Positions 1 to 8,128 of a stretch of DNA of 64,000 nt are shown one piece after another. Position 1 is the first letter of the stretch. Every line of letters starts with the position of its first letter. The position numbers and the translations under genes are program-made. Below the pieces are notes generated by a model. That model saw nothing but the letters and a program-made list of their open reading frames with translations, made no database searches and had not been told where the DNA came from. Origin of the DNA: Candidatus Bathyarchaeota archaeon (GTDB lineage: Archaea > Thermoproteota > Bathyarchaeia > 40CM-2-53-6); contig CAVSBL010000002.1 of assembly GCA_963726255.1 (NCBI GenBank), positions 1,888,001 to 1,952,000 on the forward strand, given 5' to 3'.

Positions 1-471
1 TCTGAGAATCCTGAGTTCGTGCGGCTCAGCGTAGATGATTTGCGCGACATGTTCTTCGGCCCCATCGAACCCCCGAAGGACGAGGAATTCGTTTACAACA
101 CACTCGCCGCCCTGCGCGACCTAACGCTCAGAAGAGGCCTTAGCGTTGTGTTGGATTCCACATCGCCCAAGAACAGCACGCGCAATTTTCTCCTCCACAC
201 AAGGGTCCCAGGCGTCATAACGGTCCTGGTGCTAATGATCGTCGAGAAGGATGAGTTGGAAGGGCGAAACCGTGAACACGGCGTACAAGGCGCTGTCGAA
301 GCCTGGGATAAAGTGTGGGAAAAGCCTACAGCGAACATGCCTGCACTGAAATTTAGAAACAACTCCTTGAATGAATTCGAAACCAGCTACTATGTTCTAA
401 CCGACCTTCTCAGAAGTAAGGTCCACCCCTACAGGCGCCGATTCTTCGCGGACCTTTACCCTAGGCTGTGA
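1..471 (+). CDS. AAA_33/P-loop kinase-like protein, 5'-truncated by window edge
   Basis: Frame is open from position 1 (SENPEFVRLSVDDLR...). 'LSVDDLR' and 'VVLDST' resemble small-molecule P-loop kinases. Walker A would lie upstream of the window. Confidence 0.55.
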   Translation, partial: SENPEFVRLSVDDLRDMFFGPIEPPKDEEFVYNTLAALRDLTLRRGLSVVLDSTSPKNSTRNFLLHTRVPGVITVLVLMIVEKDELEGRNREHGVQGAVEAWDKVWEKPTANMPALKFRNNSLNEFETSYYVLTDLLRSKVHPYRRRFFADLYPRL

Positions 472-479
472 TCATCCAT

Positions 480-953
480 TCAATCCAGTGTCTTTTTCCC
501 TCTGAGGGGCCCCGTTTTGGATATGAAGATAAGAGTTACTGCGAGCGTGAGAGCCGTCACCCACTGTGCCATGTTAGATTGGAATTCAGGAACCGCGACT
601 TCTAGTTGGAAGTTTGCCGTATTCGATGAATTCGCTGTCACATTAACCGTTACGCCGTCAGCCCTGTATCCTGGAACATCAACCGTAACAGAGTACGTCC
701 CAACTGGGACACGCATGAGGTAGACTCCACTCATACCGGAAAATACTTGGTAAGTCTGTTGGCCGTCACTGGCATGAACTTCCGCCCAATCAACAGGGTA
801 CCCGTCGATTCCGACTACGCGTCCGGTAATCTCTCCTCCCAGCTCGCCGTAGTACTGCTGCGGCGATTGAGCCTCAACCAACCTACACCCAACCAGCAAC
901 AACGCAACAAAGAGTGACGCCATTAGAATAGGCCGCATAAGTTCCCAATCCAA
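480..953 (-). CDS. Secreted carboxypeptidase-regulatory-like (beta-sandwich) protein with PEF-CTERM-like sorting signal
   Basis: N-terminal signal peptide. 'GEITGRVV..GYPV..AEV...GVY...VPVGTYSVTVDVPGY' is the CarboxypepD_reg-like pattern. C-terminus has VPEF + TM helix + basic tail. Confidence 0.7.
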   Translation of the reverse strand: MDWELMRPILMASLFVALLLVGCRLVEAQSPQQYYGELGGEITGRVVGIDGYPVDWAEVHASDGQQTYQVFSGMSGVYLMRVPVGTYSVTVDVPGYRADGVTVNVTANSSNTANFQLEVAVPEFQSNMAQWVTALTLAVTLIFISKTGPLRGKKTLD

Positions 954-960
954 CAGCTGA

Positions 961-987
961 GTTAGTTAGTTGACTCAACTAACTGAC
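961..987. promoter_or_regulatory. Perfect palindrome, candidate operator
   Basis: AGTTAGTTGA-C-TCAACTAACT (964-984), extendable to 961-987 with one mismatch. Lies between a minus-strand TTTATT box (~988-993) and the TTG start at 953. Confidence 0.55.
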
Positions 988-1156
988 AATAAAAGAGTTA
1001 GGAGTAGAGCATCACAGGGAATGTGAATTCCACAGCGATGAGTAGAGATCCACAAGAGATTGTAGACGTCTACTAGGTGTCCGTGATAAAGAGACATTCT
1101 TGAGATTCGGAGTCGGCTTACCCTTAATACGTTCTTTAGCGCCGAAGTACGTTGGC

Positions 1157-1339
1157 GCCGGGGTAGCCTAGCTAGGTAAGGCGACAGAGCCACCGGACAA
1201 CCGGGACGTCCAACCTCGAGATCTGTGAAGTATGGGCCAAGATAGCTGTTGGTCCTCTGGGCCTCGTGGGTTCAAATCCCGCCTTAGAGGATAATGACGG
1301 AACCTTGGAGGGCGGGGGAAACTCCCACCCCCGGCGCCA
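1157..1339 (+). tRNA. tRNA-Ser(CGA) with three introns (approx. 30/31: 1188-1213; 37/38: 1221-1243; 59/60: 1277-1322), encoded CCA
   Basis: Removing the three segments gives GCCGGGG-TA-GCCT AGCTAGGTA AGGC-G-ACAGC CTCGAGA GCTGT-T-GGTCC TCT GGGCC-TC-GTGGG TTCAAAT CCCAC-CCCCGGC-G-CCA. This is a full cloverleaf with long variable arm and G discriminator. The T-loop intron forms a clear BHB. TTAATA box at ~1124-1129. Confidence 0.9.
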
Positions 1340-1460
1340 TTAACTGAACCAATAATTCTGGTCTGAACATGTTTATCACGGCTTAGGAGGTAGGAAGTTG
1401 GCTGCTGCTTTTGGCTTCGACGGAATTATCGTCTCTTGACCAGTTGCTTGGGAGGTAACG

Positions 1461-2366
1461 TCAAGCACATCTGACGTTACCAAAGATTCCCATGATCTCC
1501 TTGATCAAAATCGCTGAAGTGAAGGCAGTCGTTCCCGCTCGTGAGTCGCAACGTGGTGAGTACTCAACGATGTCAGCCGCGATTATGTCTAAATCTGCGA
1601 TGCCGTGCAATATCTCAATCAACTGTCTTGTGGTCAAACCACCTGGTTGCGGATTTCCAACTCCGGGTGCATAAGCGGGATCTAGACAGTCAAGATCGAT
1701 GGATAGGTATACAGGCCCGCCTTGCAGCCTCTCTCTTATTGCAGAGCTGACAGTATCGCATCCTTTTGTGTACACGTCGTGCGACGTGTATTGCATGAGA
1801 TTAAGTGACCTGATGCGGTCATCTTGTTCCTTCGTCGAGGCTCTTATGCCAACGAAGCAAACCAGTCCCGAACTTGAGCCCTTTTCATCCAGTATTCTCG
1901 AGACGACGGTGGCGTGGGAGTACGGGGTATTGCCATAACTCATGTATAGATCTGGATGGGCGTCGAAGTAAAGTAGTGACAGTCGATTCCTCTGAATTTC
2001 CGATGCAACCATGAAGGCTGGGTACGTAACAAAATGATCTCCACCAAGGAAAAGCAATGGACTCCTGCCATGATCGTGAAGGGTTGCCGTCGAGTAGAGA
2101 GCTTTGTGAAGACTCGAATGTTTCTTAACTCTTACATTGCCGTGGTCGCAGACCTTCCAACGCTCCGTCAAGTCATCCCCTCGTTCCGTGAAGTGATTAT
2201 ACAGTAGACTGCTCGTTGCCCGCCTAATGGCGTCCGGGCCTCCGGCAGCACCGCGCGTGAAGGAAGAAGTGGCATCCCATGGTATGCCTACGACCACGAA
2301 ATCCTTACCGTGAGAACGAGTTAGGCCAAAGAAGCTCTCGCTCCGTTTGAATTTCAAACTACGCAA
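1461..2366 (-). CDS. speB: Agmatinase (ureohydrolase/arginase family)
   Basis: Motifs GIPWD...GAAGGPDAIR, GGDH, DAHPD, SHAT, SIDLDCLDPAYAPGVG.P.PGGL, DIVE. Confidence 0.85.
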   Translation of the reverse strand: MRSLKFKRSESFFGLTRSHGKDFVVVGIPWDATSSFTRGAAGGPDAIRRATSSLLYNHFTERGDDLTERWKVCDHGNVRVKKHSSLHKALYSTATLHDHGRSPLLFLGGDHFVTYPAFMVASEIQRNRLSLLYFDAHPDLYMSYGNTPYSHATVVSRILDEKGSSSGLVCFVGIRASTKEQDDRIRSLNLMQYTSHDVYTKGCDTVSSAIRERLQGGPVYLSIDLDCLDPAYAPGVGNPQPGGLTTRQLIEILHGIADLDIIAADIVEYSPRCDSRAGTTAFTSAILIKEIMGIFGNVRCA

Positions 2367-2474
2367 ACTTGCTCATCGCGGATAGCCGCCGCTACTTGTC
2401 TTATGGCTTTGGATATCTCGTTAGTCTGATTGCTGTAGGATTCAGCTACTAGGTTACTTCGCAGGTGAGGCTTG

Positions 2475-3209
2475 CTACTTTTCGAGAGTGACTTCGAAAT
2501 TCTCGCCGACCTTTAGTCCATGCCAACGTCTATCAACCCCGACATTCCGCGTGTTCCTGACTCGCATAAGGTCTCGCGGGGGGTCGCTAGTCTCATCAAG
2601 TCTGAAGTCTACCACGATCTCACATGCCCCTTCCAATCTCTTGTAGGCCCAGTCGCTGAGCACTCCTTTCATTACTCCGGCGACATAGACCATCTTACGT
2701 ATTCCCGCGATCGGAAGAAACCGAGTTAGCTCCAACTCCACCCAAGCTCTTTCGTCGTTAAACCGGGCAAATAATGAATCGTCATCGATAATCATCAGAT
2801 GTTCTGGGTTTGGGGTTCGCCGCATATCTTCCCGGGACATGATGAGGCTGATGTCTGCAACTTTCAAGGAATCCCAATGGTACTTTTCCTTTGATTTCTG
2901 GCCAAGCGAGATCGTGTACGCGTCGAAGATCTGCAGTCTCTCATATTCAGCATCTACGAACGTGTTCTCAAGTTGAGATGCATCCAGCCCGAGACGCTTG
3001 AGCTGTGAGCGCACCTGGTCAGGTGGTTGGGTTCCCGCCTCATAGTGAACACTTCTGTTTTCTGTGCTCTTCAACCAACCAGCTGCGATCGTAACGGAAG
3101 CGTTGAACCATTGCGAGGCCGGATCATACTCTACCAGAATGTTAGATCCTGCAGGCACTGGCCCAGAAGTTAGATCCTCAATTATCGGAATTCGTGTCAA
3201 AGCTGCCAT
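2475..3209 (-). CDS. KaiC/RAD55-like RecA-fold protein with degenerate Walker A
   Basis: 'TRIPIIEDLTSGPVPAGSNILV' is the typical KaiC-like N-terminus, but the P-loop reads EYDPASQW. C-terminus 'VVDFRL....RDLMRVRNTR'. ATG at 3209 preferred over the ORF-track TTG at 3257. Confidence 0.7.
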   Translation of the reverse strand: MAALTRIPIIEDLTSGPVPAGSNILVEYDPASQWFNASVTIAAGWLKSTENRSVHYEAGTQPPDQVRSQLKRLGLDASQLENTFVDAEYERLQIFDAYTISLGQKSKEKYHWDSLKVADISLIMSREDMRRTPNPEHLMIIDDDSLFARFNDERAWVELELTRFLPIAGIRKMVYVAGVMKGVLSDWAYKRLEGACEIVVDFRLDETSDPPRDLMRVRNTRNVGVDRRWHGLKVGENFEVTLEK

Positions 3210-3317
3210 TGAGGAAGTGTGAGATGTACATTGTAGGTTTTTCTGTGTGTGGGTCAACTGGTGCGAATGTCCGATTTTGCGCTCCTCTTTTTGTGCGTAT
3301 CAGTGTTGCGGTAGAAC

Positions 3318-3337
3318 AAATTTGAACTTTCAAATTT
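3318..3337. promoter_or_regulatory. Perfect inverted repeat, candidate protein-binding site
   Basis: AAATTTGAA-CT-TTCAAATTT in the divergent intergenic region between the KaiC-like gene and the integrase remnant. Confidence 0.4.
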
Positions 3338-3467
3338 CGTGATCATAATGGAAATCGGAAAATGAGGCCACCCAGAAGTTTATCTTCAAAGTTAGCGAAT
3401 AGATGTTCGGTGTGAGATTTGACAGAGATTCCTTCGAAAGACGAAAGTACGCCCCCAGGTTCGCGGA

Positions 3468-3683
3468 GTGAATTCAACTCACACCCGTCGGTTCAAATCC
3501 CACCCCCGGCGCCATTTTCCGAACCTACGGCGGGTCATGGGTGAGTTCTTCACCTACGCCTTCCGGATGCAAAAACAGGGCTACAGACCATCAACCATCC
3601 GCAGCGCCATCAGCAGCCTAAAAGCGGTAGCAAAGAAAGCCAACCGACTCAATCAGGATGCTGCGGACATCATCTCTCTCTGA
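3468..3683 (+). pseudogene. Truncated tyrosine-integrase-like fragment carrying the att sequence in frame
   Basis: RFKSHPRRH is the translated tRNA 3' end. It is followed by 'FTYAFRMQKQGYRPSTIRSAISSLKAVAK', resembling the N-terminal core-binding helices of archaeal tyrosine recombinases. No catalytic domain follows. Confidence 0.55.
3486..3516 (+). repeat. att-like copy of the mature (spliced) tRNA-Ser 3' end
   Basis: CGTCGGTTCAAATCCCACCCCCGGCGCCATT matches the spliced tRNA sequence CGTGGGTTCAAA|TCCCACCCCCGGCGCCATT at 30/31 positions. 3490-3516 is exact. Confidence 0.85.
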
Positions 3684-3711
3684 TGAAACGAAAACTCAAG
3701 AAATAGAGGGG

Positions 3712-3730
3712 TGAGCTCTTTCAGAGCTCA
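3712..3730 (-). terminator. Hairpin at stop of APC permease followed by T-rich tract on minus strand
   Basis: TGAGCTCT-TTC-AGAGCTCA (8-bp stem) includes the stop codon. The minus strand continues ...TCTATTTCTTGAGTTTTCGTTT. Confidence 0.45.
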
Positions 3731-5347
3731 TTCTGGAGGTACTTCTTTGTGAAGCAGGTCTAGGTCGATTCCGGCGCGCTTGCGATATGACCGGGCAAGG
3801 TAGTAGATCACCACGCCCGCTGCATATATTCCAACTACGAATCCCGTTGAGTATGGTCCTACGGGTCCTGAGAATGCTGGCAGTGCGAAGGACGAGTAGA
3901 GAATGAGGCTGAACAGGATTACACTGATCAATCCAGAGATGCTGATCAGGGGGATTCCAGCAATCTTCTTCTTGACGAGTTCTGGTGCGGCGTCAAACAT
4001 GTCCTTTCTTACGTAGGGGAATAGTAGGGCAGAGACACCCGTTATCCAGAAGCATACCGAGAAAATGACCGTGTAGTTCACTACGTAAGTGAAGAATGGT
4101 GTGAACACGTACAATGTCATCAGTACCCAAGCGACGAATGCGATGGTTACGCTGGCCACCCAAGGTTGTCCCGATTTGCTTACGGCCGCGAGCTTCTCAG
4201 GTATCACGCGGTCGAAGGACCATGCGAAGACGTTTCTGACACAGATGGTCATCATCACAATTAGTAGCAAGAACGTCCAAAGGAAGAAGCTAGCTCCTAT
4301 CAGAGCGTTAGCCAGTGGATTTCCTGCCAGTATGCCCGCGAAGAAGTTCACTACGGGGGGTACAGGGATTGGGTTAGCTGAGGGGTTATTGAGATTGAGA
4401 TAAGCTATTGCGTCGTTGAACTTCGCGCCTACAACGTTGTAGTATAGAGCGAAAGTGACCGCGTAGAACACGAAGCCAAAGAGCAATGAGAACAGAATTG
4501 CCTTGTTCTGGTTCTTCTGCGGTTCCTTTACCTCTCCACCGATGTACACAGAGTACGTGAACCCTATGTACACCCAGTATCCGATTGGGATTGAGAGAAG
4601 TGTAGCAATCAGCGAGGGGGCGGGTACGGAATACCCTTGGGTTGTGGCTGTTGAGATTATCGAATTGTAGGCATCCGGGAGATTCGTTGTCTTGAGCATG
4701 AAGGCATTGAAAATCTGGATGAACTGCGCATTATTGTAGGATAAGAATACGATTAATGTTGCGAAGGAGCCTACCGTAGCGATGACCATCCCGTAGGTCA
4801 ATATTCTTCGAACCAATCGGGTTGGCATTAGTAATATGACCGTAACCACGGCCATCACTATCGTGCCGACGACCCAAGTATAGGTTGGCGTCGCGATAAG
4901 ACTGCCGAATGTGATCATGCCTGCATCTGCAGTTTGATATCCTAATGTCAGTATTGCTGAAGCGAGTGCATAGTTCGTGATCCATGCCGTGTAGATTCCG
5001 ATTCCTAGGAATTGTGACCACGTGAAGCCCCAGTTGGACATGAACCCAATCGCTGGATGAAGTATCCTGCCGTTATAGACGTAGTCTCCGCCAGAGCGGG
5101 GCATAGCTCCGGCAAGCAAACCGTAGCACAGACCGTTGAAGACCGTCAGGATTGTTCCGATGATGAGCATACCGAAAATGTTTGCTCCTGGGAACAGGCC
5201 ACCCACGAACAGCGGCGTGACCATTATCACGAGGCCCAGAGCGAAGCCGAGGGTGTTGAAAGCAAAAGCATCGAAGAGGCCGAATTCTCTTGTTAGACCC
5301 GAAGCGCGTCGTACGAACATTTCAGGTCTTTTGTGACTTTCTGACAA
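3728..5347 (-). CDS. APC-family amino acid/polyamine permease (paralog 1)
   Basis: About 12-14 hydrophobic segments. Motifs FVRRASGLTREFG, MPRSGGDYVY, GGEVKEP, FAWSFDR. Confidence 0.9.
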   Translation of the reverse strand: MSESHKRPEMFVRRASGLTREFGLFDAFAFNTLGFALGLVIMVTPLFVGGLFPGANIFGMLIIGTILTVFNGLCYGLLAGAMPRSGGDYVYNGRILHPAIGFMSNWGFTWSQFLGIGIYTAWITNYALASAILTLGYQTADAGMITFGSLIATPTYTWVVGTIVMAVVTVILLMPTRLVRRILTYGMVIATVGSFATLIVFLSYNNAQFIQIFNAFMLKTTNLPDAYNSIISTATTQGYSVPAPSLIATLLSIPIGYWVYIGFTYSVYIGGEVKEPQKNQNKAILFSLLFGFVFYAVTFALYYNVVGAKFNDAIAYLNLNNPSANPIPVPPVVNFFAGILAGNPLANALIGASFFLWTFLLLIVMMTICVRNVFAWSFDRVIPEKLAAVSKSGQPWVASVTIAFVAWVLMTLYVFTPFFTYVVNYTVIFSVCFWITGVSALLFPYVRKDMFDAAPELVKKKIAGIPLISISGLISVILFSLILYSSFALPAFSGPVGPYSTGFVVGIYAAGVVIYYLARSYRKRAGIDLDLLHKEVPPE

Positions 5348-5485
5348 TTTTCCTCGAGGCTACTGAACAGTGTTCGGATATATGCCTTGTCATATGTTGG
5401 CGAATATAGATTTGCAGTAACAGTAACTTCACACAATTTATAAGTTCCCCTACAGCCGCACGTAGCAAGCGGCGCTGTTACGAAC

Positions 5486-6430
5486 ATGAAGATTTTCTTC
5501 ACATCAGACGTTCACGGATCCGAGAAGACGTTCATGAAGTTCTTGAACTCGGGGAAGTTCTACAAAGCAGACGTACAAATCCTGGGAGGAGACATCACAG
5601 GTAAAGTTGTGATACCCATCTTCGCGGAAGCAAATGGGAAGTATCAAGTTCACTTTCAGGGTGGAGATTACACACTCACCCAAGAGGATGAAGTCTTGAG
5701 CATGGAGAAGCAGATTCGCGACGCCGGATTCTACAGCTTTAGAGCGAGACCTGAGGAAGTTGAGAAAATCAATACCTCCCCAGCAGAGAAGAATGCACTC
5801 TTCGAAAAACTCATGGTCGAACGACTCACGAGATGGATGCAAATCGCGGATGAAAGACTTAGTGGAACGAACATTCAGTGCTATGTCATGGCTGGCAATG
5901 ATGACGCGCACATAGTGGACTCAGTTCTGAATGGTGCGAAAGCAGTTATCAACCCGGAGGGGAAAGTGGTGGAGGTCACTGATCATTTGGAGATGGTCAG
6001 CTCAGGATATAGTAACATGACGCCGTGGAAGTGCCCTAGAGACGTATCTGAAGAGGAACTCGCGAAAAGGATTGAGGACATGGCGTCCAAGGTTAAAGAT
6101 TTCTCGAAATGTATCTTTAACCTCCACTGCCCTCCCTATGGCACAAACATTGACCAAGCGCCTTTGCTTGATGAGAAGCTTTCACCTAAGATGGGACCGT
6201 CCGGTATGCAGATGGAGCCTGTGGGGAGTAAAGCGGTGAAGAACGCGATAGAGAAGTATCAACCACTGTTGGGTTTGCACGGACACATACATGAATCTCG
6301 CGGCGTTTGCAAGATCAATAAGACACTCTGCATAAATCCTGGTAGTGAGTATGGAGAGGGTATTCTGCGTGGCGCTTTGATTAGCATAAAGAACGATCGA
6401 GTTGAAAGTTACAGTTTCACCTCTGGTTAA
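5486..6430 (+). CDS. Calcineurin-like metallophosphoesterase (paralog 1)
   Basis: Motifs SDVHG, GGDITG, GNDD, NLHCPP, GHIHE, NPGS. Confidence 0.9.
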   Translation: MKIFFTSDVHGSEKTFMKFLNSGKFYKADVQILGGDITGKVVIPIFAEANGKYQVHFQGGDYTLTQEDEVLSMEKQIRDAGFYSFRARPEEVEKINTSPAEKNALFEKLMVERLTRWMQIADERLSGTNIQCYVMAGNDDAHIVDSVLNGAKAVINPEGKVVEVTDHLEMVSSGYSNMTPWKCPRDVSEEELAKRIEDMASKVKDFSKCIFNLHCPPYGTNIDQAPLLDEKLSPKMGPSGMQMEPVGSKAVKNAIEKYQPLLGLHGHIHESRGVCKINKTLCINPGSEYGEGILRGALISIKNDRVESYSFTSG

Positions 6431-6433
6431 CCA

Positions 6434-7210
6434 TTGAAGGTTATCTGCTTGTACATTGCTTCCCCTTTCGAGCAGCAGCTCTTTGATGAAGGTAAGAGAA
6501 TTCTCGATACGGCACGCGACAGAGGCATTGTACTCCGACTTCTTGGAGCGTTAGCCATCAGAACGCACTGTCCCGAGTTTTCGTACATACATGAGAAAGC
6601 AGGTAGAACGCTTTCAGACCTCGACATGGCCGCTTACCAAAAGCAGGGCCCAGAGATATCGCGCTTCTTCAAGGATGTAGGTTATAGGCACTCGGCATTG
6701 GCTGCAATTCCCGGCTTGAAAAGGGCCGTTTTTCTTGGCGACGGGGAATTGCACGTCGACATATTCTATGAAGGTTTAGAGATGTGCCACGATATTTCCT
6801 TCAAGGATAGATTGGAGGTGGATTACCCAACCATCCCTTTGGCGGAACTCCTCCTTGAAAAGATGCAGATCGTTCAGATTAACGAAAAGGATCTCATCGA
6901 CACGATAATGCTCCTAAGAGAGCATCAAATTAGTGACAACGACAAGGAGGCCGTGAATGGACCTAGGATAGCCAGCCTATGTGCAGCCGAGTGGGGGCTG
7001 TGGAGAACTATCACTATGAACCTGGGCAAAGTCACTAATTACGCCAAGTCTTTCGCCGCTATCCAAGACGAAGACAAGAGGGACGTCACAGAGAAAATCG
7101 ACCAACTGCTGAAAATGATCGAGGACGAACCGAAGACGTTCAAGTGGAAGATGAGAGCGAAAGTAGGCGATAGCAGGGTCTGGTACAAGACAGTCGAGGA
7201 ACGAGCATAA
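6434..7210 (+). CDS. Putative Pol-beta/AbiEii-like nucleotidyltransferase (paralog 1)
   Basis: LLGALA..., RTLSDLD, HVDIF, LLEKMQ, EKDLID correspond to the hG[GS/A]xA, RxxxDxD, K and KDxxD motifs. Starts 3 nt after the phosphoesterase stop. Confidence 0.6.
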   Translation: MKVICLYIASPFEQQLFDEGKRILDTARDRGIVLRLLGALAIRTHCPEFSYIHEKAGRTLSDLDMAAYQKQGPEISRFFKDVGYRHSALAAIPGLKRAVFLGDGELHVDIFYEGLEMCHDISFKDRLEVDYPTIPLAELLLEKMQIVQINEKDLIDTIMLLREHQISDNDKEAVNGPRIASLCAAEWGLWRTITMNLGKVTNYAKSFAAIQDEDKRDVTEKIDQLLKMIEDEPKTFKWKMRAKVGDSRVWYKTVEERA

Positions 7211-7266
7211 GCTTCGTCGTCCAAATCATTGTAATCTGTCTTCCAGCATTGAAAATGCGCGCAGTG

Positions 7267-8127
7267 CTATCTTGGGCCTGACCCTTTCTCCAGAAGCATC
7301 TTGTAGAGCTCCGGTCGCCGATTATGGAAGTAATTGTAGGTTTCCCTCTCTCGATGTGCCTGTTCTAAATCAACCTCGGCGAGGAACATTTTCTCTCCTT
7401 GATCGGCGCTGGCTATGATCTCTCCCTGTGTCCCAATGATGCGGCTCATACCGTAGAAGTGGCTCTTCAGGTCCGGGTCGTCGCCGACTCTGTTGCATAC
7501 AGCAACCACAAGCCTATTCTCCAACGCGCGAGCGCGGAAACTAAGTTCGAACACTCTCTCTGGAAGCCCAGGGACACCTTCTGGCCAGTCAGCGACAAGA
7601 TGGAAGATTACCTCGGCACCCTTGAGAGCAAGTATCCTGGCTGTTTCGGGGAACTCAAGGTCGTAGCATATCAGGAGTCCCACCGTTCCAAAGTCGGTTT
7701 TGTAAACTGGTAATTCTTCGCCTCGCGTGAAGATGCTCTCGGTCGGAGGATACGTGTGCGACTTTCTGTAGTTGCCTAAGATCCCGCCTAGCCTATCAAT
7801 CAACACCGCAGAATCGAATAGTGTGCCGCCGGTCGATCTCTCGGCGAGCCCAACAATAACGTACACCTTGTTCTCTGCAGCTTTCTTGGCAACCGCCTCA
7901 ATTGTCGGTCCTGGAACCGATTCTGCTACATTCCTGAACCGCTCACCGAGCGCGTACCCTGCAGAGAGGATGAGTTCGGGAAACAGGACCACATCGGCGC
8001 GCTCAGCAGCTGCCTTGTCAATCCAGTCACAAACCTTGGAGAGTGTACTCTTAACATTCCCATAGACAACGTCCATTTGCACGCATGCTATCTTCACTTT
8101 ACGATTTGTAGTCTTCAATTTTGTCAC
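7267..8127 (-). CDS. Carbon-nitrogen hydrolase (nitrilase superfamily amidase)
   Basis: E-K-C triad in FPE, YRKSH, ICYDLEFPE; also NRVG and YGMSRII. Confidence 0.9.
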   Translation of the reverse strand: MTKLKTTNRKVKIACVQMDVVYGNVKSTLSKVCDWIDKAAAERADVVLFPELILSAGYALGERFRNVAESVPGPTIEAVAKKAAENKVYVIVGLAERSTGGTLFDSAVLIDRLGGILGNYRKSHTYPPTESIFTRGEELPVYKTDFGTVGLLICYDLEFPETARILALKGAEVIFHLVADWPEGVPGLPERVFELSFRARALENRLVVAVCNRVGDDPDLKSHFYGMSRIIGTQGEIIASADQGEKMFLAEVDLEQAHRERETYNYFHNRRPELYKMLLEKGSGPR

Positions 8128-8128
8128 T

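Larger units (their letters stand above)
1323..3516. mobile_element. Putative degenerate integrated element/islet bounded by tRNA-Ser 3'-end direct repeats
   Basis: TCCCACCCCCGGCGCCATT occurs at 1323-1341 and 3498-3516. Cargo is agmatinase + KaiC-like gene. An integrase-like remnant overlaps the distal repeat. Confidence 0.5.

Noticed and set aside
975-1193. 72-aa minus-strand ORF
   Set aside because: Antisense to the tRNA 5' end and its promoter; no recognisable motif.
3421-3516. Second complete tRNA or split-tRNA half
   Set aside because: No D or anticodon arm upstream, and no complementary leader for trans-splicing seen. The T-stem has a mismatch. Better explained as an att repeat.
6434-7210. 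Type IV toxin-antitoxin (AbiE/MenAT) locus
   Set aside because: No AbiEi-like/HTH antitoxin adjacent, and both copies sit in a transporter/metabolic context. Only the fold similarity is retained.
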